From assembly GCA_030704615.1 (NCBI GenBank), contig CM060732.1, positions 52,514,001 to 52,578,000 on the forward strand: DNA of 64,000 bases, read 5' to 3'. Below the pieces are notes generated by a model, which worked only from the letters and a program-made list of their open reading frames with translations, was not told the origin of the DNA and did no database searches. Shown one piece after another: positions 34,897 through 47,800 of this stretch (position 1 is its first letter; each line of letters starts with the position of its first letter). Source of the DNA: Takakia lepidozioides (lineage: Eukaryota > Plantae > Bryophyta). The position numbers and the translations under genes are program-made.

Positions 34897-37650
34897 TCAC
34901 CCTGAGTATAGCCTCTTCCTTGTCCTACAATCTGCGGGTGCGGGCCTGCCATTGTGATTGTGCCCATGCCTCTCCAAAAAGTCTTTGAAGCGTACGAGGG
35001 ACTTTCCCTTCCCATCATCAACAACAGTCATAACTGGCTCTTCACCAGGGTATTGAAGACCCTCCTCCATCATGGCAGTCAAGTCCAGAATCTTTCCCTT
35101 TGCAGCTCTCACGAGGGCAAGCAGATGTTGCTGGAGGAAGACATTCTTCTGTGTCAATTCAAGAATACTCTGCCATTCTGTAGAAATTGAGGCCATGAGG
35201 TTATTATGCAAGGGACTTCGATGAAGAGGGCTTTTTACAGACATAGAAGGGGATCTCAAATTTGGAGGAGTTAGAGCACATGGAGGGGAGGGGGATTGTG
35301 AACCTGTCACCAAATTTTGAAGGCCACCTTTTGATGTGCCCATGAGAGATCCACAAAACTTTGCAATGAGCCTATCTTTGAGATGAGGGTGCAACATCTT
35401 CAAAACCTTGACTTGGTGTGCACACATATTGCCTTTCAGGGCCCAAGGGCAATCACAGCAAGCCCACTTTGAGTCGGGATTGTGAACTATGAATGTGTCA
35501 CCCAAATGTCGATGACATTCAACTTTTGCGGGGCCTCTGGGTGTATCGGGCAGAGTCACGTTCTCATCAGGAATGTGTTTGGCAAGCAATATGGAACTAC
35601 AAATAAATCCCTCTTGCCGCTTGTTTCGAACAAATCCATAAGCCTTCGCATGAGACATGTACCAATAATGGGTAAGGACATCACCTGTCAATTCTGAGAT
35701 GAGCCAGTCAACCCGTCTACTAGTAAGGACACTTTTGGTACACTTCAGTTGCGCTTTAAGGTTCCCATGATAAGCTTCAATGGCAGCATTAGTATCTTGA
35801 GAGGCATGGGGAATGTTCCGTGTTCCGGTGATCCACATTTTAGCTTTGGGAAGCCACTCGGTCTCCATGTAGTTGCAGAAATCAGTCTCAGAAGGATACT
35901 TCTCCCGCAATGAAATTATCTTGTATACTACCCATGCCTCACCTGCATCCCCGGAGGTGTCTCGTCTGTCATACATGATTTGTGCAAGGTCCTGTAACAC
36001 AGCCGCTTGTACTGCTGCATCTTTGACCTTGCTGACTACATTCTATTGCCAAGCTCGCCTCACATGCCACAAACACAGGAAAATTGCACAATCCCCCCAC
36101 ACACATCTGTTCCTTATCAGGTTCAAGTAGTATAAAACACATTTACATGCAAGCAATGACCAAGCAATTGTTTTGTAAAGTTGCAGGTACCTAATGGTTG
36201 CAATTTCTGCATCTGCATCGTCGACAATAAACGCATTGGGGCGCCAGTCGACTTTCCTGGCTTTCATTTGGTTGTTCAATGCCTCCATCCAAGGTTGCAG
36301 ATCTTTGGTTTTGCACCTAGCCATGATAATGTACGCGACTGGAATTCCATTCAGCCACTCATCAAACACCATCATGGTGTACAATGGATACTGCAGCAAC
36401 AATCATGTAAAACAGATGTTACAAATTCTTTCATGCATATGGAATGTACATGTTATGATGTAATGCACATTTGCAGGTCTTCTAATACACATTGCATCAG
36501 AATGATGTTCACCTTTTTCTCATTTGTCCTGAAAGTTGCATCGCACGCCACTATTCGCGAATGTCCATGGTTCACCATCTGGCAGAAAAAACAGATGGTG
36601 AACGAAATGGGAGGTCGAGTTTTCTGTCATTGGAAGTCCATGCAGGGTGGTTTGATTCTTCCTGGTAGTAGAAAACACTATGTGGGTTGGCCTCCACCCA
36701 CATGCGGACACTACGTGCATCATTTGAGTGTTTTTTGAATGTTTCTTCATCACATTTGTTGGCAATATTCCGGATGTCCCATGAAAGGAGGAAAGTATCA
36801 CGGTTGACCTCCAATCCAGCATCCATCATCTCCTTTACCCGCTGCGTGTGCTTCGCCATTATTTTGTTGATGCTTAGCCCTAACCGCAAGTTGTGCATTA
36901 CCCATGCTTTCATGTCTTCACTGACGTGGGGAGCTAATGTAGCACGTCCAGTTTCATGTGCAGGCCCATGCCATATCTCTCTAGCTCCATTGACGTGTCT
37001 CTTTTCGTAATATACCAACTCTGCAATTTCAGGGTCAACATAGCATTGCTTCACTACAAACCGACATACACATCCCCTCTTTATGCCCTCCCCAGATTTC
37101 GTTTTCATGGTCCTCATTTGTTTTGGTTTTTGCTCGCTGGCAGATCCCACAAGTCTTGGCTTTCTCCCCTTCTTCTTGGGAGGTCGTGGTTTCCATTTCC
37201 TGGCAGCCATGGCGGAGGTTACCTCCAAGAGGGTAGTCGTCTTGTCCTCTGGCCCATATGAGCAGTGATACATACGAAAGAAACCATGGTACATTACTCA
37301 TACTACAATGGAGCGACTCCAAGACTCATACAGCAAGGGGCCCCCAATGATGACATGAAATAGTACTGTATTACATGGAGTTGACATAGTCTTACCTTGT
37401 TAGACTTAAGGCACTATTAGTGCGTGGAGCGAGGAGTGATCCATGTGGACAACCTCTTTGGCGATGTTTGCGGAAAGTGCATGGCCCATCGGGGCGGGAT
37501 GATTCCCCAGTTATGAAATCATTCACACTACTCCATGGAATGTAGGCCACTGAAGCGTTGTCTTCACCGGGAGGGATACCATGCCATTGATAGCGCCATT
37601 GAATTTTGAGGACGATGATGAGGAGGAGGAAGATGGAGACAGGTGGACAA
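34897..37650 (-). pseudogene. MULE-type DDE transposase with C-terminal SWIM zinc finger
   Basis: YIPWSSVNDFITGES, YHCSYGPED, KRGCVCRFVVK, ACDATF (D1), FIVDDADAE (D2), LCLWHVRRAW (CxxH), TNAAIEAYH (E), CDCPWALKGNMCAH (SWIM). Contains introns, a frameshift near 36600 and a stop at 36043-36045. Confidence 0.9.
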
Positions 37651-37979
37651 TTGCCCGTACGAAAGTAATCATCCGGTACATGACAGAAATCATCCGGTGC
37701 AATGGATTAAAATATTTATTTAGAAGTTCAAATCTGAATTTTGAATCGATGTGTGACGATCCATGCATCTATGTGGAGGTGTCATATCTTGGTGATGATG
37801 GATGCCTGTGTTACATGAGTGATGTGGATCTCCGGGATGATGGCTGTGTGACATAGAACATGTTCAACATGCATGGCTGTGTGACATGATTCATGTATGA
37901 CGGGTTTGAAGCGGCAACGGAGGCGGGCGGGCGGGCAGATGGGGAGCGACGCGTCGCGACGACCGTGACCAACGCAGGA

Positions 37980-38077
37980 GCCGCCATGGGGGTGAGGGGG
38001 GGGGGGGGAGGGGAGGGCCACGTAGGCAGCCCCGCTGATGGCGCATTAAACTCCAGGGCCTCTTCTATTACTTGCCA
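37980..38077 (-). repeat. Right inverted repeat; its outer part lies in a 53-bp tandem duplication (38050-38155)
   Basis: Reverse complement of 22630-22728. An inward-facing TATATAAAA lies at ~38166-38174 on the minus strand. Confidence 0.92.
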
Positions 38078-39153
38078 TAGATAGTAAGATGCAAGGGAAG
38101 AGACTCCAGGGCCTCTTCTATTACTTGCCATAGATAGTAAGATGCAAGGGAAGAGGGCCCGGCTCTTTTATATACCCTAGGGGGCAGTGGGAAGGCTGCC
38201 GTGACACGTCACTCCTAGAAACCACCACGCCTGCTTACCCCAATCTAACCATGAACCATCCCTTATTTAATAGGTCTTATCTTCATGCTTTTTTTCCCGC
38301 CCTTACATGACAGTTTTAATTGAACTCCTGCTCTAGCTTACTATAACTCCCCGCTTCATAATTCATTGGACCACTCTCTAATCCCCACACCCAAACCTGG
38401 GCCCCTTATTTATCACGTCACGTGACTTTTGACAAGTATGGGCAGTTACTCGGTGAGCATGCTGGCGTGAGCAAAATGGGGTCAGTTGCACATATTTTTG
38501 GGAGCATCCAAACATCCAATTTCACATGGCTAGGGCACACCAATATCTTACAAGTGGCCGTTGGCCTCAAAGTCACGTATGTGTAGGTTGCATGTCATCC
38601 AAGTGACCAACCTAGCTATGGAAGTCATCCAGGAAGAGGCTCTTATTTACGATAGCTTCGGCTGGCGTCATATATGTATATATGAAAGTCATCCAAATGA
38701 CCAACCTAGCTATGAAAGGGGCCGGAGCTGGTTTACTTGAATGATGGCCGTTAGATGGTGTCTAGTGTACCGAGGTGGTGGGGTTAGAAAAGTGGCTATA
38801 GCAGGTGGCATGTTTTAACACGTCCACATAAGCAAAATCAGGGTCCTGTAAAACATCCAACATCCAACACCATATTTTATGCAGCATTTGTTTTCTCAGT
38901 TTTCAAAAGTAGCGCCAGCGGCCACGTGCATATTCTACCCAGCACGCCATGTGGCGAACAACGAACTGGGACCTCTAGAAAGGTCGTTATATGACAGGTG
39001 GCACATTTTAACAGTTCCAGGATGGCAGTCAACCTCTAGTTCATCTCTCCCGTTTTGGCAAACTTCATTTTCCTTTATCAGGAGGTACTGTAGGAGCCCA
39101 CCAAAAAGGGAGCCTTTTGGCGAAAATTCGTCAACAGAAAAAATGCCGAGGAA

Positions 39154-39554
39154 TCTTCCTCTCTCAGAGAAAAATCCAAAATATATAGTATAAAAAAATA
39201 AAAATGTACTCATGTGAAACTCAAAATTTCCATAAAGTACGTGGCCAACCACCTTCTCTTAAAAAATTAAAATAAATTTCGATATTACTACAAATATGGG
39301 TACCATAGTACTTTTCACTGTGAGATTCTTAAATGAGATATCGATCCCCTTTTTTCTGGAGTCTTCCTCTCTCAGAGAACAATCCAAAATATATAGTATA
39401 AAAAAATAAAAATATGCTCATGTGAGACTCAAAATTTCCATGAAGTAAATGGCCAACGCCTTTTATTAAAAAATAAAATAAAAATAAATTCCGATATTAT
39501 TACAAATATGGGTACCATAGTACTTTTCACTGTGAGATTCTTACATGAGATATC
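39154..39554. repeat. ~208 bp AT-rich tandem duplication
   Basis: TCTTCCTCTCTCAGAGAA...TGAGATATCG at 39154-39343 and 39362-39553. Confidence 0.9.
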
Positions 39555-39781
39555 GGTGATCGATCCTTATTTATTTATTTATAACATAGTCTTTTCTTTG
39601 GTTTTCTCCAACAATCTCGCTAATTAAACTCTTTTGTAATGTTTGGTTTAACAGTAGGTGAGATGCTGCTGATTATGATATTATTGTGCCACAAATACTA
39701 TTTAACTGTTAAATAAATAAATAAATATTGGTTGGATGTCTTCCAGACTAGGGTTTTAGTCCAATATTTCCAAAGAAGATA

Positions 39782-40644
39782 CCGTAGCCTCTTATACGAT
39801 TGGGCAGAAAATAATTATTTTAAGCATTTGTCCAAGAAACAAAATTCAGAACGTAATAGTCCAATCATGCAAAATTATTGAAAACAAATGCTGAAATTTT
39901 ATAGATTTTCATAAAAAATGGCCCAATCTTGAAAATTATAATTAAATATGTATTGAAATTATCTTAATTCATAGAAGTACATCATGATAGTTCTGATTAC
40001 TGTCAATCTATAGGCTATGAAAAGAAATCAAAATCAACCTACTTTTTCATAAGTTCAGTCCAGAAAACTTAGAGAAAACTGAGAGACACTCAATCATTAC
40101 TTCATAAACATCTTCATTCTTCTTCAACTACCACTAATTCAGATTCAGTACCAATAGACGGAGTCTTTGTAGACAAATCTGATAGAGCTATGTTGAATAA
40201 AGAAGAGGTTGCATTACGTTCAATGGCCTCATTCTGAAACTCAGTGTCAAAAGGTCTCAATAGTCCGCAGGTTGACCAGCCTTTTCTAATCGTACCCTCC
40301 ATCCTCGCCACATCTTTCCATGACTGTAATAACGTAATAACCAACCACAAACCAAGTTTTTTAAGTTTTTTTTACTGAAAGATCAGGTCGAACGTCTTTG
40401 GAGCAACTTCTCTTTGAAGTTGTTGTCGAACTTGAGCGGAACTCCACTTTGAATACTGCATTTTGATTACTCATTGACTCGTTGCCCAATTAACACATAT
40501 TTGGCTCATGACCTGTCTAAATTATTGTAAACTTCATAACTGGATTGCCCAAATAAGATATATTAATGTGATATTGCCCAACCGTTCAAAGAAAAGAAAA
40601 GAATTATTGGGCAAATTTCTGCCCAACCGTATAAGAGGCTACGG
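39782..40644 (-). mobile_element. Non-autonomous pogo/Tc1-mariner element (863 bp)
   Basis: ~29 bp TIRs CCGTAGCCTCTTATACG(A/G)TTGGGCAGAAA flanked by TA on both sides. Internal remnant QSWKDV..TIRKGWSTCGL resembles a pogo transposase C-terminus. Confidence 0.85.
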
Positions 40645-42488
40645 TATGGCATATGGCAAAAACCATAAGGGTCTAAAACCCAAAGTAGGCAGTCACAGGG
40701 ACTCCCACGGAACATATTTTTTGTTTTGCCTTACATTCATTAATGGGTAAGAGGTGCAAGGTAAGGTGCAAGTACCTAGTGTGTCTTTCAACTTGTTGAT
40801 GTGAATAGATCCTCGTATGTACTGAGCTCGTACTAGTACCTCACAATTACAAAGTCACAAGACCTTTAGCTTATAGTTCTATCATATATGTAGGTTGCAC
40901 TTGAGCAGCACTCCTTTTTGTTGCCTCCCGGGCATGACCTCATAATCACGGACAAGGGGTACGCATGTAAAGTGGGTCTAACTCTAAACCCGTGGATGAT
41001 GCAAGACAGAGAGTCTGGGTCACCCATTGCCACCCCTACATAGCAGAGGGTTACCTGTTAACTATGAGAGACTTGTCCTTGGTCCTTGGAGTTCAGATGG
41101 TGGATGGACGATGAGCACACGAGACAAGATGGTGGTTACCATTGCAACCTGCGGTGGACAAGCCGTAGACGTTCACACGAACTTGGCCATCACAATGACA
41201 ACAAGGAGGGTATGGAGTCTGCTACTTACTCTGCTGTTGGTGTCTGTGTGCGTGGTTTGATGGTAAACGAAGGTGCATTCATATTTTCTTCCGCTTGTCT
41301 GACACACACTAGCAATCAACTGTAGCACCTCGCAACTGCACTGCCTGGGCCACGGATTGAAAGGGGATCACGTGGAGGCCTTCCCGTTTAACTTTCACGG
41401 ACTATTATGTACATTCTTGCTTGTCTGACAAGGACCTTCTTTACGACATTGAATGTAATTTGTTGAGCAGGTCGACCAGCCAGATGATCTGCATTGAATT
41501 GTAGGTAACGCATATGTCAGACACTTCATGTGGATCCTGACTACATTCAAGGCCACATTTCCCTAGAGATCTGCTTTGCAACTAAAAAAGACAGTTATAA
41601 TTCTGGGCTTTGGCATTTTGGAGAGAACTGGTTACTTGACCGTGGGTATCCATGTCTCTCCAAAATGACTCATTAGTGTCCGTCATTCATTTATCTGTGT
41701 CATCGCAAAAGAATGGGGCTACTGACACAATATACTTGAGCGACATTGAAACCTTGGAATCTCTACATTGGTTTAGGTGGGGCATAGTAGACTGACATCC
41801 ACTTAACAAGAAATGAATCAGTGAATGAAGAGCATCAACTACATTTGGAAATGCATGCAATCGACAATCATACATGGCAGCATTAATCTTCACCCACCTC
41901 AGATTCCGGTATCTCAGCTTTTTAAGTAATTCATGCAGGGGAGCAAGACAATGTGCAACAGGTAGTAAAGCCGGTCAGTTACATAAAATAGAAACCATAA
42001 TCTCAAGTTCATTTAAAGATATTCATGACAGGAGATGCTACAGAAATCCAATGTGCATCATGCTCAACACTTCTAGGATGAGAGCTCCCATCACATGTGT
42101 TCTAAACTAACAACTTTCCACTGTAGTAAAGGTAATCGCTGCACTGCTGTCAGGTTGATTTTCTGAGGATGGTAGGAAATTTACTTATCAAGGCTACTCC
42201 AAGAATTGGAGATATGGAACTTCTTACTTCTCCATCTCCACTTCTCCATTTCCCTCTATGAATGAGAACGAAACACAAACCAAACATCAACTCAGTAGAG
42301 CAGATACCCGCACAGCACTCCCAACTATTTGCCAGGTCAGAGCACAGCCTTTTCACGACAAAGTTCTGACAAGGCCCAGGTCCAGGCATTGCTTCACCGT
42401 TACTCAGAAAGACTTTTGGTGGGTCAAAAATGGAAACTGGACAACATCTCCCTTAGTCACCAAGCTGCTGTCCTCTACAATACCGTGA

Positions 42489-44595
42489 CTACTGAGGAGC
42501 AGGACTCCATTCAGCAGGTGCAGCCTCCCAGCCAGTTGGAGCAGGAGGAGGTATAGTATCCCAACCAGCAGGTGCGGGCACTGCTGGGACTTCCCAGCCT
42601 CCTGGTGCCACTGGAACTGCAAAAAGTACCAACACCAAATGTCCTCCATATGAGGTTAATCTGCTATCAGCTATTTGCTTGGTCCATACCTTTTTAGTCC
42701 CCTCCATGTCCCCGTTTCTCTGTACTTAAGTAACAACAGAAAATATAGACTTGTTAGGATTACGACAAGCTTTCTATTCCCAGGATACAAACAAATCACC
42801 AAGTGCTCAACAGATTAATCCATAGCAGATGACTAACAACAGGTAAAACAAACCTTGAGTAGTCCATTCTGATACAGGAGCCCCTACAGGGGGGGGCACA
42901 GAAGTGGGATCGGTCTCCCACTGGCCAGCATCGCCAACCTCAGGACCCCATTGACCATCGGCAGTGGGCAAGGAAAGTGGAGGGGCCACATACTCAGCTG
43001 CTGCAAACTCAGGCGCACCTCCCTCCTCGTCTTCACGGGTTTTAGTTTCATCAGGCTCCCTGTAGAAGAAGAGATCCACCTACACCAACCACCCTCTTCT
43101 TACATAGCTACCCATCTTCCTGGCATGATTGTCAATTGGCGTGAGCTAGGACTCTAACAATGATAGGCCTAACCTTGCCTAAAAGCATATTGAAATAGGA
43201 GAAAAGACAATGGTAAGGAGCTGCAGTCACACCTCATTGACGTCATACTGAATAATAACTGCAAGCACAAATTGATAAATTGCTAGATTAAAGCTGGGCT
43301 ATTGACATCGGTGACTGCACACTCATTCAAATCAGTGATTGTTGTTCACTGAACACTTGAGGATGGACCACATTTAGCCAACACTACCTTTCACTTAGAA
43401 GCAACCATTTTTATTGTTATGTAAAGATGGTATAAGAGATGTAGAAGAAGGGTTCACACACCATTACGTCCCAAGGCTGGGAAGGAGTAATGGTGCCACG
43501 CATTTGAAGTACCATCCGACCCAGCAGCCAAAAGAGGCATCCAATGCTGTGTTTCCCCTTGTTGTTTGCAGGAATTGCAATATCCACATGGCGCATGGGT
43601 GAATCGGTGTCGCAGAAAGCAATTGTTGGGATATTCCCAAGCGCCGCCTCTCTGATAGGCTGCAATTCCATATCATGACAACATACCATGACAATCACCC
43701 AGAGATAACAACCACTGGGAAGTGCATACTCGTTTTTGCTCAGCCCAGTTACTCTTATTAAGTCAAGCAATCCCATCACAACAGAGGATACATTAGTGCA
43801 TCCTGAAGGTTGAAAAAGAAGAATGTCAGATCCACATACATCCTACAGACACTCCATTTACAGCACGAAAGCCCCCTTGTTCTGAACCTAGCCACACAAA
43901 TCTTCATCCTACTAGTGTTCATAAAGGCAATTCCCATTCAGCTCCATCCTACCTATTTCACTGCAAGAACTCTAATCCCTTGCAGCGTCACTGAGCCCCA
44001 TTTCTAACCAACTGGTGAGAACTGCAAGGACTTTCTGCGGAAAAAAATAGCTAACCTGATGGTCAGTGCGGGGGTCGGTGAGGATTAACAAACGAGGCTC
44101 GCAGAAAGTATTCTGCAACTGATTAGTGAAGGTACCGGGGGTATGCCGGCCCGCAATAGCCTGAGCACCGGTGTACTGGGCAAACTTCAAGACAGCACGC
44201 TGTCCATAGGGCCTTGCAGACTGCACGATAATGTCTTGAGGGTTCTCTACAGCGACTATCACCCTTGCAGCTAACTGCAGCTTGTCCCAGGTTTTTCCCA
44301 CATTGATAATGAAGATCCCTGCGTCCAACGCCCGCTTTTGCCTTCAGTCAAAACTCAACCCACCATATTGCCCTACCCGTTTCCAACTCTGTCTTACAGA
44401 CACACATGCACACACACGCTAAATGCAATTCTACTCGAGTTTAGGCCCCGCACATTCTACAAGAGCAGGAGAAGTACCATCAGAGCGCCGCTTAAACACG
44501 TAGCGCTCCATTTGAAAGTCGCAATTCTTAGTGCCCAGATGAGCATCTGATGCCAGCATCATCTGCACATCCGCCTCCTTCTGTGTGAGCACCAT
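42489..44595 (-). CDS. RPSA: 40S ribosomal protein SA (uS2/p40); exons 44595-44478, 44318-44056, 43659-43462, 43079-42854, 42616-42489
   Basis: [80 protein letters not shown]. All introns GT-AG and phase-consistent. Confidence 0.97.
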
Positions 44596-44883
44596 GGTGA
44601 CGCCCTGCTTCGCGACAAGGGCAACGAGGTGTGAATGCTTCCCAGAGATACGCAAAAGGAAGACGACGGAACGAGTAAAGCGAGGAGACAGCCTTCCTTA
44701 GGGCTTGCGACTTAGGGTTTTAGATTTTACCGCGTCTGTAGTCGTTGGATGCATTGGATCGACGGTCTCGAGCACTGGGGTGGCCCATGACATGGCATGC
44801 CCAACCCTAAGCATGCCATGGGAAGGAGTCCATGGCATTCAAGCGCTCTCGGACTGCAAAGACCGGGAGCATCGTTGTTGGCT
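44596..44883. promoter_or_regulatory. Compact bidirectional promoter region with telo-box and site II motifs
   Basis: 288 bp between divergent ATGs. TAGGGTTT at 44713-44720, GGCCCA at 44782-44787, AACCCTAA at 44803-44810. Confidence 0.6.
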
Positions 44884-47800
44884 ATGGTGGGAGTGAATCT
44901 CGTGCGAGAATGTCAGAAATGCTTTGCCCGAGTAAGCTTCCACCATCATACACCATTCTCTCACCATCTTCCGTTGCATGGCGTTTGAAATTCTGCTGTT
45001 TGGGCAACGGATTGGAATGTTTGTTCGATGTGCATCTCGCAGTCTCTCCCAATGTCTTGAGCCCTCCAAACCGGGATCCAGTGATGAAAGGCAATGAAAT
45101 CATGTCAAGGGAGGTGTTCTCATTTCGTGTGTTTGTCTTGATTGGCCTTGTTGTTGTCGCATTGATATGTAGTTTGCTCTTGCGTGGCGCAGGTGGCAGA
45201 CGATGTGGAGGGGGGGATAGTGTACATAGATGCTGGGGCAAGCGAGGCTTTGCACTTCATGGGTGGACTGCCTTTCGTGCTGCAGCTGGGTGTGCGCACG
45301 ATCTGCAGCCTGGAGAACGCATCCCCTCTTGATGCTGTACGAATTCGTACCATAGCTCTTCTTTGCTCGCCGCATTGGCTATGGGCGTAGACAGATTGAC
45401 GGACTGTGGCTTTTACTGGAGTGCAGGCAGTGGCATGGAGGGAGGGCCCGGTTCAGAAAGTGGTGGTGGTGACAGCGCGCCTGCTCAGCGACGCACACCG
45501 CTATATTCTTCGCTGCCTGCGTTGTCACCCACGCGTGCGGCATTGCGCCATCTTCACCTCTATTTCTGAGGTGCCTGCTTCTCTCTGGCATCCATGCTGT
45601 CTTGTCTTACGCACCTGCCTCTTCTCATCGCGGTCTATCTCCATTCTGGCACCTTGAACTACACTGCCAGGTCTTGCTGAGCTCCTGTTTGGGACAATTG
45701 TGCCGTTTCTCAGTTGTGTAGTGAGCATTATATTCTCTCTGCACATGACCCCCTTTTTTCTTTCGCATTAAGTCTGTTCTTGATTCTGTAAGGCTATTGC
45801 TCTATCCACAGCTCGTATCTTTACTTCCGTGTCTCTATTTTGTATCTGCATCGGGTGATTGCATGGTTCCACTGTTTTTGACAATCAGGCGGAGGGTCGT
45901 TTGAATTTCACAAAAAGGTTGTGCGGAACAGGAAGCGCATTCAGCATGCCCGGAGACCCCGTTGGGCACAGATGCCTATGGCGAGTATACGAGTTTGCTT
46001 ATGCAGGATTGGGAGGGGCCCCCTGCCTTTGGGCGCGGTCAAGGGGGGTTTGGAAGTCTGGAGGATCCCACCTTATCACCCAACAAGCCAGGTGGCCTAG
46101 AGAGAAAATCAGAGCTGGCTCCACACGTCACAGTGCAGCATTTGCCCATGATGCTGTGTCCTCTCACGCGCAGTGTGTTTGTATTGCCCTCAGGGGGTGC
46201 AGAAGCTGAGGCTCCTCTCTCTGACAGCAAATTCCACGGCTCATTGGGTCCAGGACTACCTGCCGTAGATACAGATGTTCCACTTGATGGTGACGACCAC
46301 ATTCCGTCTGGAGCAACTCTACTGGCACACTTTCTGCAGCATTTGACTGCTCAGGTCGGCCCCTACGCCTGCTGGTAATATCTCCCTATACAAGTTCTCT
46401 GCCCAGTGACCACCTTTTGTTTGCATTCAATGGTGGTCGTGTATGGATTGCTGCGCTGCTCTCTCTCTCTCTCTCTCTCTCTGTGTTCCCGCTCAAACTG
46501 GGCGCGGGGTCAATGGCCACAAGGCTACGGCAAACAACGTCTTATGAGTACAATCTCTCCCTCTCTCTCCCCCCCTCCAAACATGCAATTGGTTGTTGGA
46601 TTAGACTGAGAAGGAGGTGGGGTGCAGCTGGAGTTGAAGATGGAGGTGTTTTCACTGGGGCCACTGGCACAAGTGGTGGGCAAGTTGGTGACTGGCCTGG
46701 CAACCCCAGCTGCCGCTGAGCTTGGTGGACAGAGGAGATCGGCAGGCCTGCTACTAGTAGACCGCACGCTGGATCTCATCACGCCTGTCTGTCATGCTGA
46801 CTCTTTGATTGATCGCGTGGTTTCCACCCTTCACCGTCGGCCTGCAATCCCTCCCCCTGCTCGGCCTTCATCAGTTGGGGTCCATTCGCCTGCCATTGTG
46901 CGCAGCCCCATGGATTTTAGAATTCCAACAGGCAGCTGTCAAGATAGAAGCAACATGACAGATGCTAATGGTAGCTTGGAATTTCCTTTGCTGCCACTCA
47001 TGCCATCTTGGGATGCTGACATGCAGCAAGCCTCCACAAAGGGGGAGGGAGGCAGTGTGTTGGAGGGAAGAAGTGGAGGAGCACAGTTGCTGGGTGGGTC
47101 ACTTGCTGTTCCATGGGACAATCTTGGAGTAGACCGTGTGGAAGCATTGCTCGATAAGCCCACTAAAGATGCAACATTGTTATTACGAAAGTGGCTTCAT
47201 GAGGCACTGCGGCAAGAGAGACAAACTGTCCCTGGAAAGACTCGCCTGGGTGCTATGACTTCCAGCGAGCTGGGCACATTACGCACAGCCCTAGCTGCTA
47301 AGCCAGACATGGCCCTGCGCCACTCCGGTTTATTGCAGGTCCAATGTTTCGCCTTCCACATGTAGCGTGCCGTGAATGTGCTGCCTGGTAGGTTACGTAC
47401 AAATGGGTGTTGACTCATGTGAACCTCATAGTTCTAATTGTATGTGCTGGACAGCAGGTCTGACAAGGCATCTTCAAATGCTGCAGGTGGCCAGAGCTGT
47501 GGAAGAAGCCTTGGGCACAGCCAGGGGAGGTCACTGGGAGGCCCTGGCCAGTGCGGAGCGCATCCTGAGGCTGACTGTGGGGGATAGCAGTCAGAGTGTT
47601 GCACTACAGCTGCGGGACATGGCGCTGCAGACTGCCAAGGATGGAATGCTTGACATGGGGGATGTGCTGAACTTGACCATTTTGGGCTATGCTCTGGCTG
47701 GTGAGACCAACCCCAGGGCTGGTATAGCTGGCCCCTTTGCATGGGAGGAAGAAGCAGTGCTCAAGGAGGGGCTGGTAGATGCCCTGCTGAAGGCCCCTCC

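Larger units (their letters stand above)
22227..39093. mobile_element. Large Mutator-like (MULE) element with convergent transposase and Ulp1-like genes plus cargo ORFs; outer ends tentative
   Basis: MULE/SWIM transposase (-) and C48 protease gene (+). ~98 bp inverted repeats at 22630-22728 and 37980-38077. Flanking direct repeat GAGCCCACCAAAA at 22214-22226 and 39094-39106. Confidence 0.65.

Noticed and set aside
37811-38131. 106-aa ORF spanning the right inverted repeat
   Set aside because: Low complexity, derived from the repeat and its tandem duplication; no evidence of coding conservation.
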